Shown piece after piece: positions 1 to 13,160 of a stretch of DNA of 64,000 bases. The DNA comes from Euprymna scolopes (taxonomy: Eukaryota). The stretch lies in assembly GCA_053919585.1 (NCBI GenBank), contig CM132791.1; one strand, 5' to 3'. Made by a program: the position numbers and the translations under genes. The notes beneath the pieces were generated by a model. That model was not told where the DNA came from. It saw only the letters and a program-made list of their open reading frames with translations, and did not search any database. Numbering within the stretch: position 1 is the stretch's first letter; every line of letters starts with the position of its first letter.

Positions 1-506
1 AAAAAACCTTGTTAAACTTTGTGACATATTTACATTCTATGGAGGTCAGGCGCGAATGAACACCCCATAATTTTATTATATCATCTTTTTTCAAACTGAA
101 ACATAATTACCAAAATATACGTACGCAAATAGATATGAAACGTCTTTGTTAAAGTCGGTGCCATATTCCCATGGAGGCCAGGCGCAAACGCAGACCCCAC
201 AATTTTATTATACAATCCCTATTTGTTGAAACATACTTATTAAAATATTCTTATGTACATCTATATCAAACACCTTTGTAAACTTTTTTTTTTCATTTTT
301 AATTTCCATACGTTGGGGACCAAGAACGAACGCAGACCCCACAATTTTTACGAACCACCGTTCTGCCAGATCAAACATACGCATTCCTGATGCTCGATAC
401 ACCTATCATTATATGTAATCAGTTTTTAAAATAGTCAACCATATAGGAGCCTATTTGTGACCAGACACACACACAGACGTTCAGCTTTATATCATAGATA
501 TATAGA
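1..506 (-). mobile_element. Non-autonomous Helitron, 5' part (runs off the window edge); same family as 36713-37474
   Basis: Collinear with about 36955-37470 along its whole length. The minus strand begins TCTATATATCTATGATATAAAGCTGAACGTCTGTGTG, a Helitron 5'-TC end. Internal sub-repeats of the form ggaggtcaggcgcgaa...cccataatttt. Confidence 0.75.
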
Positions 507-687
507 GAGTACTTATTTAATATTGATGTGATTATACATTAGTATTTTATTTTTTTTTTACAATTTATTTTTTTACAATTTGGCATGCAGGAATTGGCAA
601 TTAGGTTAGTTAGGATATTTACAGTCTTTTAATTTACCCTCGGCTATTAAAAATTATTTTTTACACGAAATATCTTCATATCAATGC

Positions 688-3600
688 TCATAATTTTCAC
701 TCCAAACAAGGCAGATTGCCACTTTCTTGTAGGGGGCTACTATCAGGGACATAGGCATCATGGGTACTGTTTAGGAAGTTGGGCAGCAAGATTTCGGTTC
801 ACGTTACACTTGAACTTCTGCATATCAGTACAGTCGGGGAAGCAGGGACCCGGAAGGGAATCCACTGTCTAGCTGTTCTGGGGAATAAACTATTGGAGTA
901 GAAGGCTCTCTTGCATCTAATGATCTCTACTGGTTAGGAGTGGGATTTAGCTGCTTGTCGAGTTTGTCGGGTGTATTTACGTCGGGGGACACAAGTGCCT
1001 GCAGTTCGTCAGAGCCTTCACCGTTAACATACTTGTAGAACAGGCAGAGGGATGCAACATTTCGTTGATGTGACAGAGGTTGAAGTTTATCTGACAGTTC
1101 AAGATCTATCAGATTGGCGTCTCTCTTTTAAACCTTGTCTAGGAGCGAGAGATTAGTGGTAGATGCACCAGCCCAAATATGACAACAATACTCCATACAT
1201 GGGTGAATGGTGGCTTTATAGAGGTATAGGATGCTTTCAGGCGTTAATAGCTTTCTAGCATGGTAGAAAGAACCCACCTTCTTCGCAGCGGTCATGGCAA
1301 TGTTCTCAATGTAATTGATCCAACTCATGTTTCCTGTGAAAGTTAGGCCGAGGAGTTGAAAAGATGTATTTTCAGATAAATAAGCATTGTCCATTGCTAT
1401 TGGCGGTGGGGAAGGTTTCTTGTAATTATTGAAGGAAACAATTTAGTCTTGTCAGCATTGAATGTGACTATCCATTTTTGTCCCCATTCCACTACGGATC
1501 GTAGGTCCTCCCCTAGTGTTTCTGCCATTTCTTTAGATATGCGTTTATTTGTTTTCCTGTCGTGTCTGTTATAGAACGTAGTGTTGTCAGCATACATACC
1601 CACCTCACAGAAAATTTTGTCAGGGAGGTCATTTATGAATATTAGGAACAACAGAGGTCCAAGGATAGACCCCTGAGGCACTCCCGCATTTATATCATAC
1701 TGTTTAGATGTACGACCGTCAAGGACAACCTGGATTTTTCTCTTATCTAAGAAGGATCTAATTATGTTAAGTATTCTTCCAGTGATACCGTATGATCTGA
1801 TTTTCGTGAGAATACCCTCATGCCATACCCTGTCAAAAGCCTTAGATATATCTTGAGCTACCACTCTACCTTCCCTCGCTTTGTCCAGTGAATGGTATAT
1901 ACGTTCTGAGATTACAGTGAGGATGTCTGATGTGGAACGGACTTACCTAAATTCATATTGTTTGCCAGTCAGAAGTTTAGCATCTGTAAGGTGATGGACT
2001 AGAGCTTGGTTAATTATGGCCTCAAACATTTTGGCGAAAAGTGGAGGGAGGCTAATGGAGCGATAATTTACTGGGTCAGTTCTTTCAACAGAATTCTTGA
2101 AAACTGGCACTACAGAAGAAGTTTTCCAGCATGCAGCAAAGCAAGCTTCATTAAGGCATTTGAAGCTACTTCGGCGGCGCACTTTTTTAATAGCACAGCT
2201 GGGATGAGATCAGGTCCACATGCTTTTGATTGTCAAGCTTTCTTCTGATAGTTTGCGCCTTGATTTTCAGATCGTCTAATCTGGCGTCTGTCTGCAAAGG
2301 AAAATCAAGGAGTGGGTGGTTAGCAGAGTCCAGTGTGGAGTTGGGGGCAAACCGACTGGCAAGCGTGCTAGCCTTCTCAGTTGCTGATCAAACAACCTCA
2401 TGATTGTTGGATAGTGGGGGAATTTTTATTGACCATTATTTACTACACTGTTGTTGATTTTCCAGAAGTCTCAGGTTCCTAATTTCTGTGCTTCGATGCA
2501 TTTAGGGGGGTTTCAGTAAATTCTCTCTTAACTGTCGCTATTTCTTTCTTACAGTTATTTCTTGCTTCTATGTACTTCTGTCTGTTTGAACTCGACTTAA
2601 ATTTGCAGTACACATGCTTTTGCATGCGCTATGACAGCTGCATAAGTTGGAGTGAACCATTGGGGAGAGTGAGTTTTTCTATAGAATTTGCGTGTGGGAA
2701 TATGTGCTTCAATTGCCGCATTCAGTGGTCTCATTTGCGCAATGTTCTGCAATGATGATGAGATCCCGGATTACTTCTTACTCGGCCTTTTTATAATATA
2801 TCGTTGTTTTGAGCTCTTCAGTTCTGGCTCTAGAGTTTAGGGCAAGTTCAACCATTACAACTGCATGATCGGCGTTCCTAAAAGGGCTATGGGTATTAGT
2901 TACACAGTCATCGTGAACTCTGGTCAGAAACAGATATAGAAGTGATGCATGTTCTTCTTGCTGGTCTGGGAAACGGATTTGAAACGTAACCATCTGTGAT
3001 AGGGAATGAGATATAGAAAAGTTACGTGCTGTGGTACAAGCTGCGCCTGTCTAAGTAGAAAATCCAAGCCAGTTTCTGTGGTGAGCATTGAAGTCGCCAG
3101 ATACATGCACTTGGGCGCTAGTGTCGAGGGAACGTGCTGTATCTATGCTGTCAGAGACTTTGTTTATTAGAGTACAGTCGTGGGTCGAGGGAGAGCGGTA
3201 GAGAAAACAAAAGTAGCTAATGTTATATTGCATGTTATGTCTAAAGCACATAAAGTCTTGATCGTCCGATTCTAGTTTAGTTTCTCTATTACAAAGGGAG
3301 GATGTTTCGAATATAGACTCCAAACCCGTGCAAATCTCTGTCAGAATGCTTACGGCAGAGTGGGAGATATCCAGGCATGTTAAAGTAGTTAGAGAGGATG
3401 GAGGAGTGTAGGTTAGTCTGACTTAGTGCTAAGATATCCGGGGTGTGTGTTAGGAGAAATGCTTCAACATCAGCTAAATTAGTTCTAAGCCAACGGATGT
3501 TGGTAAATGCGAGGCCTGTTTTTGTTTGAGTTTTGGCCTGGTTTTAGCGTAATTTTTTACTGTACTGTCATTTATATTTTTAAGAGATTCAGTTTAGGTA

Positions 3601-4340
3601 AGGGGTGCTGAGCAAGTGGTTATGCAGAATACCAGACATACAACACAGGCATATCATCAGCTGTCCCTCCATCTACTAGGATTGTGGCCTCAGGATAGCC
3701 CACCGAGGATGAGTACAGGGTCCTTTCCATGCGCGACATGGCACTACAAACATCCAGATATCATACAACTGTTAATGGAGTTTCCGCTCTAAGCGCTACC
3801 AAAGAGTTTCCTGTACTACCAGTCGGGAACAGCAGCCAGGAACTGTCTATCCGGTACCCTCAACCCATCAGATGATGGTCAACCCAATCTGCTTGCACTG
3901 GCATTACAGTATGCAAGCATTCCCAAGTGCCCAGTTTAAGGGTTGGGATGTGTCGGGAGAGGGGAAATACGTTCAATGCCCTAGTCAGGAAACAAGATCG
4001 ACTACCGAGTGTTTCTGTCGACTCTCAGTGGTACGACCTCTACGCTTGGCTAATCGATAAAAGAGTATGGAAGCCGGGCGATAGACAGTGTCTATCTACT
4101 CCTTAAGCAGTTTAGGTTTGCAGACCGGTAATTTGTTTGAGTCACCAGCTCTAAGAAGGTTGTCATCCAAGACTGGAGAGACTTTCCCCCCTCAGGTATA
4201 GCTTCAGAGTTTTCATTCTCCAAGACAGATGACCTGGGAAGATCTACGGGTCCATCAGTACCGAGAGGGTTTACCCCACACCTGGGTCCTAAACAGGTAT
4301 TTCTCCGATCCCGCGAAGGTTGTTAGTGTAGTTACTGGGT
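688..4340 (-). mobile_element. CR1/L2-group LINE (family A), near full length, pseudogenised APE-endonuclease/RT ORF plus putative 5' region
   Basis: Fragments in the expected order: AFTNIR.LRTN...DILALSQT (about 3510), YRSP and VSGDFNAHH (3051-3323), NYRSISL, DISKAFDRVWH, GVPQGSILGPLLFLIFINDL, YADN, IHPCMEYCCHIWAG. ATG at 3571. Many stops and frameshifts. No ORF1 seen upstream; the 4340 boundary is approximate. Confidence 0.9.
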
Positions 4341-5644
4341 TAGTTTATAAAGGTTATATATCTACTGAGAGTATATACTCCTGAAAGTGATTACCGGGAC
4401 ATTTCTATTTCATTGTTTATTACTGAAGGAGACGGTACGTAAGATTTCATGCAGTGGAAGCAGTTATATTAGCAAACATGTCTGTTGGCTTAATGTCTTT
4501 TTTTCCTTTAAATTTATAATTGAGGAAATAAATAAATGCATCAGTAAAAAATAAAAGTAAAATAAAATTATATTCTTTTATTTTTATATTAGCTTAGGAA
4601 TAGGATAATGCGTTACAGAATCGCTTGATATTACGAATAATCTAACAATTGTTGTACGAGCTCTGAATATTTTAGATGGCAGAAGGGGTATGTATATTCA
4701 ATAGATACAAGTAACTTCATTTTTGATAAATACAATACTGTACAGGTGGAAGTAAATTATACGCTATGGCGCCTACATTATGTATAATACAGTAAATAGA
4801 TATCTGGGGAGATTTCCAGTAGATGCGAATGTATGGGGGAGTTATGGGTGTTAAGTAGGTTTCCATTTCTAATAAGGAAATATTCAGCTTTCGTGTATGA
4901 ATCAGGAAATTGTATTTTGCGTTACAGAGTATCGGTTCAGTTTTTGTATTTAAGATTGTAAGGTTAAGGAAGAGAAAGCTATTGCTATGTAATATAGATA
5001 GCTGTAAATCTAAGTACAGACCCTAATTAATAAGTATCTGCCTGGTTAAGAAAAAAACTAGTGCATGCCTTAGGGGTAGAAATGAATGGATGTTTAGTGA
5101 CCATGACTTCCAATCGGTTAGTATGCGATGGTTAAGGGCTGAAAGCTGCGGACCCCCATCCAAATCGTGTGTAATATATGCTTGTTAGAGGCAGCTTGGA
5201 AAGTAGGGCAAATTGTTAGTTTTCAGGAGAGGGTCAAACTTACAGAATACAGTAGAATTCATTTTTAGAATTTTGAGTGTCAAGTGAAGTTTAGTTAGAA
5301 GAATTTTTAATAAATTTAATTTAACATGCAAATCAGACATAGGCAGTTGTCTTGGAGGTAAAGTATATATATTGGATATACATAGAATACAGCAACGGTT
5401 TGTACCGTAATGAGAGAAAAACTATTAGTGTATGGTGTGTCGGGATTAATAGTAAAATACAGTCAGTTTGGTACGGTTCAGTAAAAGTCCTATCGACGTA
5501 GCTATGGTCACTACGTTTCAGTTACAAATAAAATAAAAAGTAAGACAATGTTCAGCGATTTCATGTAGCTAGCAGGGAAGCAACATTTCAAGAAAAGCGA
5601 GCTTATAGTAATATATATTAAGTATACTACTAAAATAAAGGCAT

Positions 5645-6255
5645 GGCTTCCTATATAGGAGAAAATAATTCCTGTTTTTTTTGGAACATTCTAGCCTTTT
5701 TATCGCTAGCTTACTTGAATATAGCATGGGTGCGCAGGGTTTTTGCCCCTTTTAAGTAGGGGGTGTGACACTTTTCATCTTAGTTTGCAAGACAAAAATA
5801 AACACAAATATACATAACTAAAACAAATAGAAAGACAAAATTATAACGAGGCACCATGGTACATTTGTTAGGAGTTAAGATGAGTTAAAAAAAAATTAGT
5901 ACTTAGGTCGTTCCGGTTTGCTTGGCCGAATGACAATATGGCAATATCTTTTACAGGAAGAAGAGGATTTCTATATTTCCGGTTATTTTCTGCACGTGTT
6001 CCTAGCTATATTTATAAAAATAGTCGTTACGTTTATCAGTAAATTTTATATTTATTTTGATTTTTTTTGTTGTTGTGTAGTTAAAGTCCTAGCTTCCTAT
6101 ATAGGAAAAAATGATTCCTGGCTTGTGGAACATTTTGGAATTTTGCCTAGCTTTTTATCGATAGTTTACTTGAACATAGCATGGGTGCGCAGGTGTTTCA
6201 CCCCTTTTAAGTGGGGGGAGACAATTTTCATCTAAGTTTGCAAGACAAAATAAAA
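5645..6255. repeat. Diverged direct duplication of about 160 bp (5645-5800 and 6092-6255)
   Basis: Both copies read gcttcctatatagga...tacttgaa.atagcatgggtgcgcagg...ccccttttaagt...ttttcatct.agtttgcaagacaaaa. Confidence 0.85.
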
Positions 6256-6509
6256 AAAATGAACCCTTATTAGAGTATTCTACAAACTGTAAGTTTGAAA
6301 TTATTCCTGTATCATATATACTAGTCCACTACATTTCATATACTAAATTTGGCATGAATAAAGCGGAAGTAGAAGTATAATATTTATTAATAAAAATAGG
6401 AATCAAACAACAGTGTTTCAGGCTTAAATAATAGTAAATCGGGGAAGTAGTAACTCAACCTATGCTTTGCAGTTTAATTTTTTTTCCTGACATAAAACGT
6501 ATGTATAAT

Positions 6510-7255
6510 TAGGCCTTTATTATTCCTAACATTCATAAATGACCTCCCTGATAAATTGTCTTTGAGATGCGTATATTTACTGATAAAACCACGCTCTATA
6601 ATAGGCACGAAGGGCACGGACACAGATCAAATGAAATGGCAAAAACACTAGAGAAAGACTTTCAATCTGTGGTATAATGGGGGGAAAATGGATAACCACA
6701 TTCTATGCTGCCAAGGCTAAGCATATCTCCTTCAATAACTACGAGAAACCTTCTTAACCATCAACAATTATGGCTTAAGATAAATTACATGAAAGTACTT
6801 CTTTCAACTTCTCAGCTTAAAGTTCACAGGGAAAAAAAGTTGAACAGATACACTGAGAGCATTTCCAGGACCACTACGAGGAAGATGGGCTCGCTGTACC
6901 GTGCTAGAAACTTACTTACCTCTAAAATATCCTGAACATCTACAAGGCCATTATTCGCTCATGTATGCAGTATTGCTGTCGCCATTTTGAGAAGTCCTAG
7001 AACTGTCATCTTAGCTTCAGCCCCTGTCCCATCGATGAAATCTGGCATCCCTCTGGCTGATTTCCAAGTTTTTAAACAGTGGATGATCCGACTAAAGACA
7101 GGTCTTTGTACCCGATCGACGTAAATACCTCCGAAAATCAGGAAAATCCCACACCTGAACTTTAGATATTCCTAGACGTAAGGCCGCCTACTTTAATAGT
7201 TTCCTCCCCAGAGCTGCAATACTTTGAAACTCTCTTCCGTGGATCCGTGCTATGT
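6510..7255 (+). mobile_element. CR1/L2-group LINE (family A), decayed RT 3' fragment
   Basis: LIFINDLPDK at about 6525 and RKMGSLYRARNLLT at about 6880, followed by 3' sequence matching the other family A copies. Confidence 0.8.
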
Positions 7256-7437
7256 TGAGTTTAATATGTAATTTAAAAAATGTAATAATTTTCTCTGTTT
7301 AATTTATTCTCCTGTAAATGGTCTTTCTAACATTCTTTCTCTTAGTTATTCGTTCCACAAGGCAACAACAAGTACAAATAGAAGTTTCATCCAACCTGCG
7401 TTAGCCCAGTAGTCCAATATCGACAATAAGAATTACC

Positions 7438-7439
<2 letters not shown>

Positions 7440-7514
<75 letters not shown>
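7440..7514. repeat. (TA)n microsatellite
   Basis: Pure TA run. Similar runs occur at about 16808, 30525, 36656, 37474, 45190, 53490 and 57407. Confidence 0.95.
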
Positions 7515-7518
<4 letters not shown>

Positions 7519-7607
7519 GCCAGACTGCGTCGCAGCTCACAAGTTTTCTGGCTGCGGAAATAATTATATATTCTCTCACATTCTGAAAATTATATATATA
7601 TTTCTCG

Positions 7608-7656
<49 letters not shown>

Positions 7657-7766
7657 CATATATATGTACATATATATAGTGAATAAATGACAAAAAACTA
7701 TATTCGAAAATTCATAATGTTGACCATCTTATTATTGATTCATTTAATGTTGTTGACATTTAAAAT

Positions 7767-7856
7767 TCTTGACAGCGTCTGTTTCGTTACGCAAAATCAA
7801 TCATTTATTTATTATACCAATCGGTGAATTTATTATGCACATAACTCATCAGAAGA
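7767..7856 (-). ncRNA. Type I hammerhead ribozyme motif with intact catalytic core
   Basis: Minus strand: UCUU CUGAUGA GUUAUG [48 nt] CGUAAC GAAA CAG acg CUG UC^AAGA. Stems I (4 bp), II (6 bp) and III (4 bp) all pair, and the cleavage triplet is GUC. Confidence 0.7.
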
Positions 7857-8778
7857 GATAGCAACAATTTTAATGGTCTATACTAGGTAGTTCTAATAAA
7901 TACTCACCAAACAAGTGTGGCCGATGAAACCCTTGCAATTTCATATCGTATCAGTTAATACTATCCAAGCAAATGTTCTTAACAACACCAGGAAGTAATT
8001 CAAAACTGTTTACATGAATTAAAGTATATATTATTGCGATTACAACCTGCTTAGAAAATTAATTAAATGAAAATTGTATTAACGTACACCAGGAAGAAAA
8101 TTTAATTTTGATTCATAGAGATTAATATATAAATAAAAAAGGTGAGAAGACAAATGAAAAATAAAATAAAGTAATAATAATGTTTAGGCAAACAAATAAA
8201 TCTGAGTTTAGTATAACAATAATTTTAATGATAAATTAGACTGATAATAAAAAGGAAAGGGTATGAATTTTATGTTGTACTGTATTTTATGTTGTACTAT
8301 ATTTTATGTTGTACTCTATTGTATGTTTTAAAAATACCACGATAAGTTATAATTTAAGTTGTATTAAATTCTATAATAGTAATTTATAATTCGTTTAATT
8401 ATATGTAATAAGTAACCAAAGGGCTAAAATAAAATTTGATTCGAAAAATAGATTTTAGAAAATATATGAAACTATCATAACATTAAAAGAAATAATATGA
8501 AGAGAAATACTGTATATAATTAGCTAATGAAGATAAACAGAATTACAATGGTACAATTTATAAACTAATTAAATAGTTCAAATCAATTTAGATAATAGTA
8601 GTAAATAGGATGGCAAGATATATCTAAATTAATATTTAATATGAACAAGGAAGACAGGAAAATTATACTAAATACAATTCGTAAAGTGTATATTAATTCT
8701 AGATTGTCGAGGTTTGAACAAGTAAAAGTATGGAAAATGTGGAATTTAAAAATATTACTTTCAAAATAAATGATGATC

Positions 8779-8780
<2 letters not shown>

Positions 8781-8826
<46 letters not shown>

Positions 8827-8853
8827 GTAATAATAATAGTAATAATAATAATA
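8781..8853 (+). repeat. (AAT)n microsatellite
   Basis: AAT run with AGT interruptions. Confidence 0.95.
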
Positions 8854-9455
8854 TTGATAAAAAATATAAATACATAAACAAAGTACTTAAAATTAAGGTA
8901 AATATAAGTAACCAATTAATTTACAATTTGACATTAGTAGAAGTGAAATAACTTATGACTATCGATTGAAATATAATAGTTTTAATACTAACATTTTATA
9001 TTGAACGGGTTAGTTATTTTATTTATAATCTATATTGATTTAACTGTTTAATAACATAAAGTGAACTAAACTAAAAATAAGAAAAGTTAATATATCGATC
9101 GATTTAGTCTAAGAGAAGTAACCCTATCATACTTGGAATTAAATTAATTTTAACGTTTTACGTTTAAGGGACACAATTGAGAATTCAACAATTGTCTATC
9201 TAAACCAAATATAACTATGTGTTTAGAATTAACTGATACTAAGAATAAAATTGAAATTGTAATAAACTAAATATAATAAGCAGTAATAAAATAAAATAAA
9301 CACATTCAATTATGTATCGTTTACATTCAAATCAATAAATTATTTAATATAAAGGTTTAGTTCAATCGGTCGTTTCTAGTTTAGTTTAGTTTAGTTTCGT
9401 ATTTGGAAACGTTTATTAGCACTACCTATTATCGACCATTATAATTGTTGCTATC

Positions 9456-9544
9456 TCTTTCGATGAGTTATATGCATAATAAATTGACGAATGATATAAT
9501 AATTTAATGATTGACTTTGCGTAACGAAACAGACACTGTCAAAA
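9456..9544 (+). ncRNA. Degenerate hammerhead motif (right inverted arm)
   Basis: tctt TCGATGA gtta...gtaac GAAA CAG aca CTG TC aaaa. The core CU is changed to UC and stem I is weakened. Confidence 0.55.
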
Positions 9545-9676
9545 ATTTTAAATGTCAACAAAATTAAATGAATCAATAATAAGATGGTCAACATTATGAC
9601 TTTTGGAATATAGTTTTTTGTCATTTATTCACTATATATATGTACATATATATGTACATATATATGTACATATATA

Positions 9677-9708
<32 letters not shown>

Positions 9709-10497
9709 CAGCGAGAAATATATATATAATTTTCAGAATGTGAGAGAATATATAATTATTTCCGCAGCCAAAATACTTGATAGCTTTAAAGAATTTCTAA
9801 ACATCGAGATAAAAATTGGAATCTTTAAAACTACTCTGACTAAAACTATCGGATTTTTGCTCCTTATGTATTAGACAAGATAACCTGACGTCGTCCGACA
9901 AAATAATACTTGTTATACGTTTTATCAAAAATATTAATATGAACAGATAATACTGTATTATTTACATAAAACTATGATTCATACTCTGACTATCACTTAA
10001 CATTAATCCGCGCTTACAGACATGCGTTTTGCTAATGAATATAAAATAAGGTTAGAATTTATTCGACATTTCATGCAAATGTATCAGTAATATAATGACT
10101 GAGTGCAGAACACTATAAACCTATAGCTGTGATTATGTGTCGTCCTATCTATATAGGGTTTTGATGAATGTACTGGGTAGGTAGGACGACATCTTATTAC
10201 AACTTGAATACCTATGGATAGAACTTGAATGCTTACTAGACACTCTCCTCGTCTGTGTAAGGTATTTTTCTACAAGGGTTGTCAGGAACACAGGTTTCAG
10301 GATATTTCCACTTGGAAGTATATCTTAATTAAAGATTCAAACTACATAACCACTATTGTTATTACTGAACGTCTGAGAGATGAAATGACATTTTCAAACA
10401 TATCTTCGTTTCATATGCAGACTAAGATTAGGGCTCAGAAAAAGGCTTCTTCATATGTAAGTAGTTTGACTGAAAAAAATAGAACATTTTCTCGCGT

Positions 10498-11220
10498 TTA
10501 AATACGGGTAACGGAAGCTAGTTCTAATAAATAAATACGGGTAGCAGAAGCCAGTTCTAATAAATAAATACGGGTAACAGAAGCCAGTTCTAATAAATTA
10601 ATACGGGTAACAGAAGCCAGTTCTAATAAATTGATACGAGTAACAGAAGCCAGTTCTAATAAATTAATACGGGTAACAAAAGACAGTTCTAATAAATTAA
10701 TACGGGCAACAGAAGCCAGTTCTTATAAATTAATACGGGTAACAGAAGCCAGTTCTTATAAATTAATACGGGTAACAGAAGCCAGTTCTAATAAATTAAT
10801 ACGCGTAAAAGAAGCCAGTTCTAATAAATTGATACGAGTAACAGAAGCCAGTTCTAATAAATTAATACGGGTAACAGAAGCCAGTTCTAATAAATTAATA
10901 CGGGTAACAGAAGCCAGTTCTAATAAATTAATACGCGTAAAAGAAGCCAGTTCTAATAAATTGATACGGGTAACAGAAGCCAGTTCTAATAAATTAATAC
11001 GGGTAACAGAAGCAAGTTCAAATAAATAAATACCGGTAACGGAAGTCAGTTCTAATAAATTAATACGGGTAACAGAAGCCAGTTCTAATAAATTAATACA
11101 GGAAACTGAAGCCAGTTCTATTAAATTAGTACGGGTAACAGAAGCCAGTTCTAATAAATTAATATGGGAAACAGAAGTCAGTTCTAATAAATTAATATGG
11201 GAAACAGAAGCCAGTTTTAA
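10498..11220 (+). repeat. 33-bp minisatellite, about 22 copies
   Basis: Unit aatacgggtaacagaagccagttctaataaatt. Confidence 0.95.
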
Positions 11221-11908
11221 TCATCCTGAATGGATTTGCTCTAAGCACCAATCTTGTTGTCAATTCCTTGCCTGATCCGCCAGTAAAGCAACTGCAATAT
11301 TCTCGGATGAAAAGAATTCCAGATTCTCAAATTTCGCATATTCATTGCGATTATAATTTTTTACTCTTTTACCCATAAAACAAGATAGATGAACAACAAT
11401 ATTAAGAATTCTATTTAACATAAGATTATAAGGAGTTGAATAGCGACGATGCCTGTGCAGAGTACATTAAAATTTAGGAAAAATTATTCAGTCAGAATGC
11501 ACGGAAAACAAAAAGGGAATATCTTACTCTAGTGATCCGCAAGAAAAACTATTAGAAACGACGATTTTCCAGCATATAACGAACACAACAGTGAATGGAT
11601 CTGGAGTTCGTGTTCTTCAGGTTAGTTGGGAAAAGGTACCTTGAGAAGGCATGAATGCTAATATTTTTTCAGGGCATTCTCCATTATAGTACGTGTAAAA
11701 CAGACAGTGATACTACATTGTTACGATGGATCAAAGTTTAAAGTTTTATAAATAGTGCTGGTAATATTAAATTGGAGATTCATTTTGCGCCATGTCTACG
11801 AAGAGCTAGTGGTAGATGTGATCATTATGTTGGAAAAGCGTCAACATATAAGATACACTCTGATGTATTTTTAGCACGATAGAAAGATCATAACATGTTT
11901 CTCACAGC

Positions 11909-12009
11909 TTGGTTATTGTCATAAAGTATTTGGTTATTGTCATAAATAAAGTATTTGGTTATTGTCATAAATAAAGTATTTGGTTAATGTCATAAATAAA
12001 GTATTTGGT
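11909..12009 (+). repeat. 25-bp minisatellite, about 4 copies
   Basis: Unit ttggttattgtcataaataaagtat. Confidence 0.9.
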
Positions 12010-12329
12010 GTGAGTGTTTGGCTGAGGAGTTTCAGATGAGCTTTCAGGTTGGTTGTAATTTCTCATGGAAATTGCTAGTTGAAAAAACTTCTAAGGAGTT
12101 GCCAAATAAAAGAAGTTCAATCTTAGTAGCATTAAATGTTACTTTAAATTAAATATCCTACCCTACTAAAGACTTAATTTAGTTTTGTTTCTTCTTTTAA
12201 CTATTTTTATTTTATTCTCTATTTAGTTTATAAATGTTCGTGTTTTCTTGATTTTTTTTTCATTTTTTAAATGTTTGTGAAAAAAGTATTATTTAAAGAA
12301 AGAATTATATCAATCATAGGGAAATTGAC

Positions 12330-12625
12330 ACACCCAACTGGATTTGGCGCTGACCAGCAAGTACCAATAGAAATAGGCTTCGCTTCAGAAGTATTTTATG
12401 ACTTTGTACCCTTCTCTCACTGTGTCCCTAATCCCACGATCTGAACCCGCTAGACTACTCTTTTGGTCATACATCAAGAACATTACCAGCATGACCACCC
12501 ACAACACAAAAGTCATCCACCCGCCGAGTATACATCGCTTGTGGAAATGATATGCTCCCAGTTCCGACCCGCGCGAGGCGATGATTAGGGCTGAAGGCAG
12601 CTACTCTAATAAGATGGCAGCTTTA
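12330..12625 (+). mobile_element. Tc1/mariner-superfamily transposase C-terminal relic
   Basis: gatctgaacccgctagactactcttt encodes DLNPLDYSF (the SPDLNP motif). It is followed by YIKNIT...HNTK and a C-terminal MIRAEGSY-like end. Frameshifted. Confidence 0.65.
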
Positions 12626-12671
12626 CTAAATGACCACGTTACATGGATTTTATTCCTGATAGTATAAATAG

Positions 12672-13160
12672 TATATATAACAAAAAAACTGATATTATAT
12701 ATATATAACAAAAAAACTGATAATATATATATAACAAAAAAACTGACAATATATATATAACAAAAAAACTGATAATATATATATAACAAAAAACTGATAA
12801 TATATATATAACAAAAAACTGATAATATATATATAACAAAAAAACTGATAATATATATATAACAAAAAAACTGATAATATATATATAACAAAAAAACTGA
12901 TAATATATATATAACAAAAAAACTGATAATATATATATATAACAAAAAAACTGATAATATATATATAACAAAAAACTGATAATATATATATATAACAAAA
13001 AAACTGATAATATATATATATAACAAAAAACTGATAATATATATATATAACAAAAAAACTGATAATATATATATATATAAAACTGATAATATATATATAA
13101 CAAAAAAACTGATAATATATATATATATAACAAAAAAACTGATAATATATATATAACAAA
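12672..13160 (+). repeat. AT-rich minisatellite of about 27-31 bp with a variable (TA) tract, about 17 copies
   Basis: Unit (ta)n-taacaaaaaaactgataa. A short remote copy lies at about 14945-15000. Confidence 0.95.

Larger units (their letters stand above)
7534..9785. mobile_element. Element of about 2.25 kb with inverted terminal repeats of about 370 bp (7534-7901 and 9412-9785), each carrying a hammerhead motif; inverted pseudo-LTR (Penelope-like) or foldback element
   Basis: The left arm ggctgcggaaataattatatattctctcacattctgaaaa...gacagcgtctgtttcgttacgcaaa...ctcatcagaagagatagcaacaa is the reverse complement of the right arm. The AT-rich interior has no recognisable protein domain. Confidence 0.75.

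Noticed and set aside
7900-9410. Penelope ORF inside the inverted repeats
   Set aside because: No RT or GIY-YIG motif is recognisable and all frames are heavily interrupted.
10498-11220. CRISPR-like array (33-bp repeats; also the 22-bp and 35-bp arrays)
   Set aside because: Units are head-to-tail with no unique spacers, there are no cas genes, and the context is eukaryotic.
11585-11625. Hammerhead-like CTGAAGA plus stem on the minus strand
   Set aside because: No GAAA after the stem and no stem I or III.
12601-13159. Three overlapping 150-164 aa ORFs
   Set aside because: They are translations of an AT-rich minisatellite. The same applies to the YI-repeat and poly-N/poly-I ORFs at 7433, 8583, 8730, 30424-30684 and 57755-58285.
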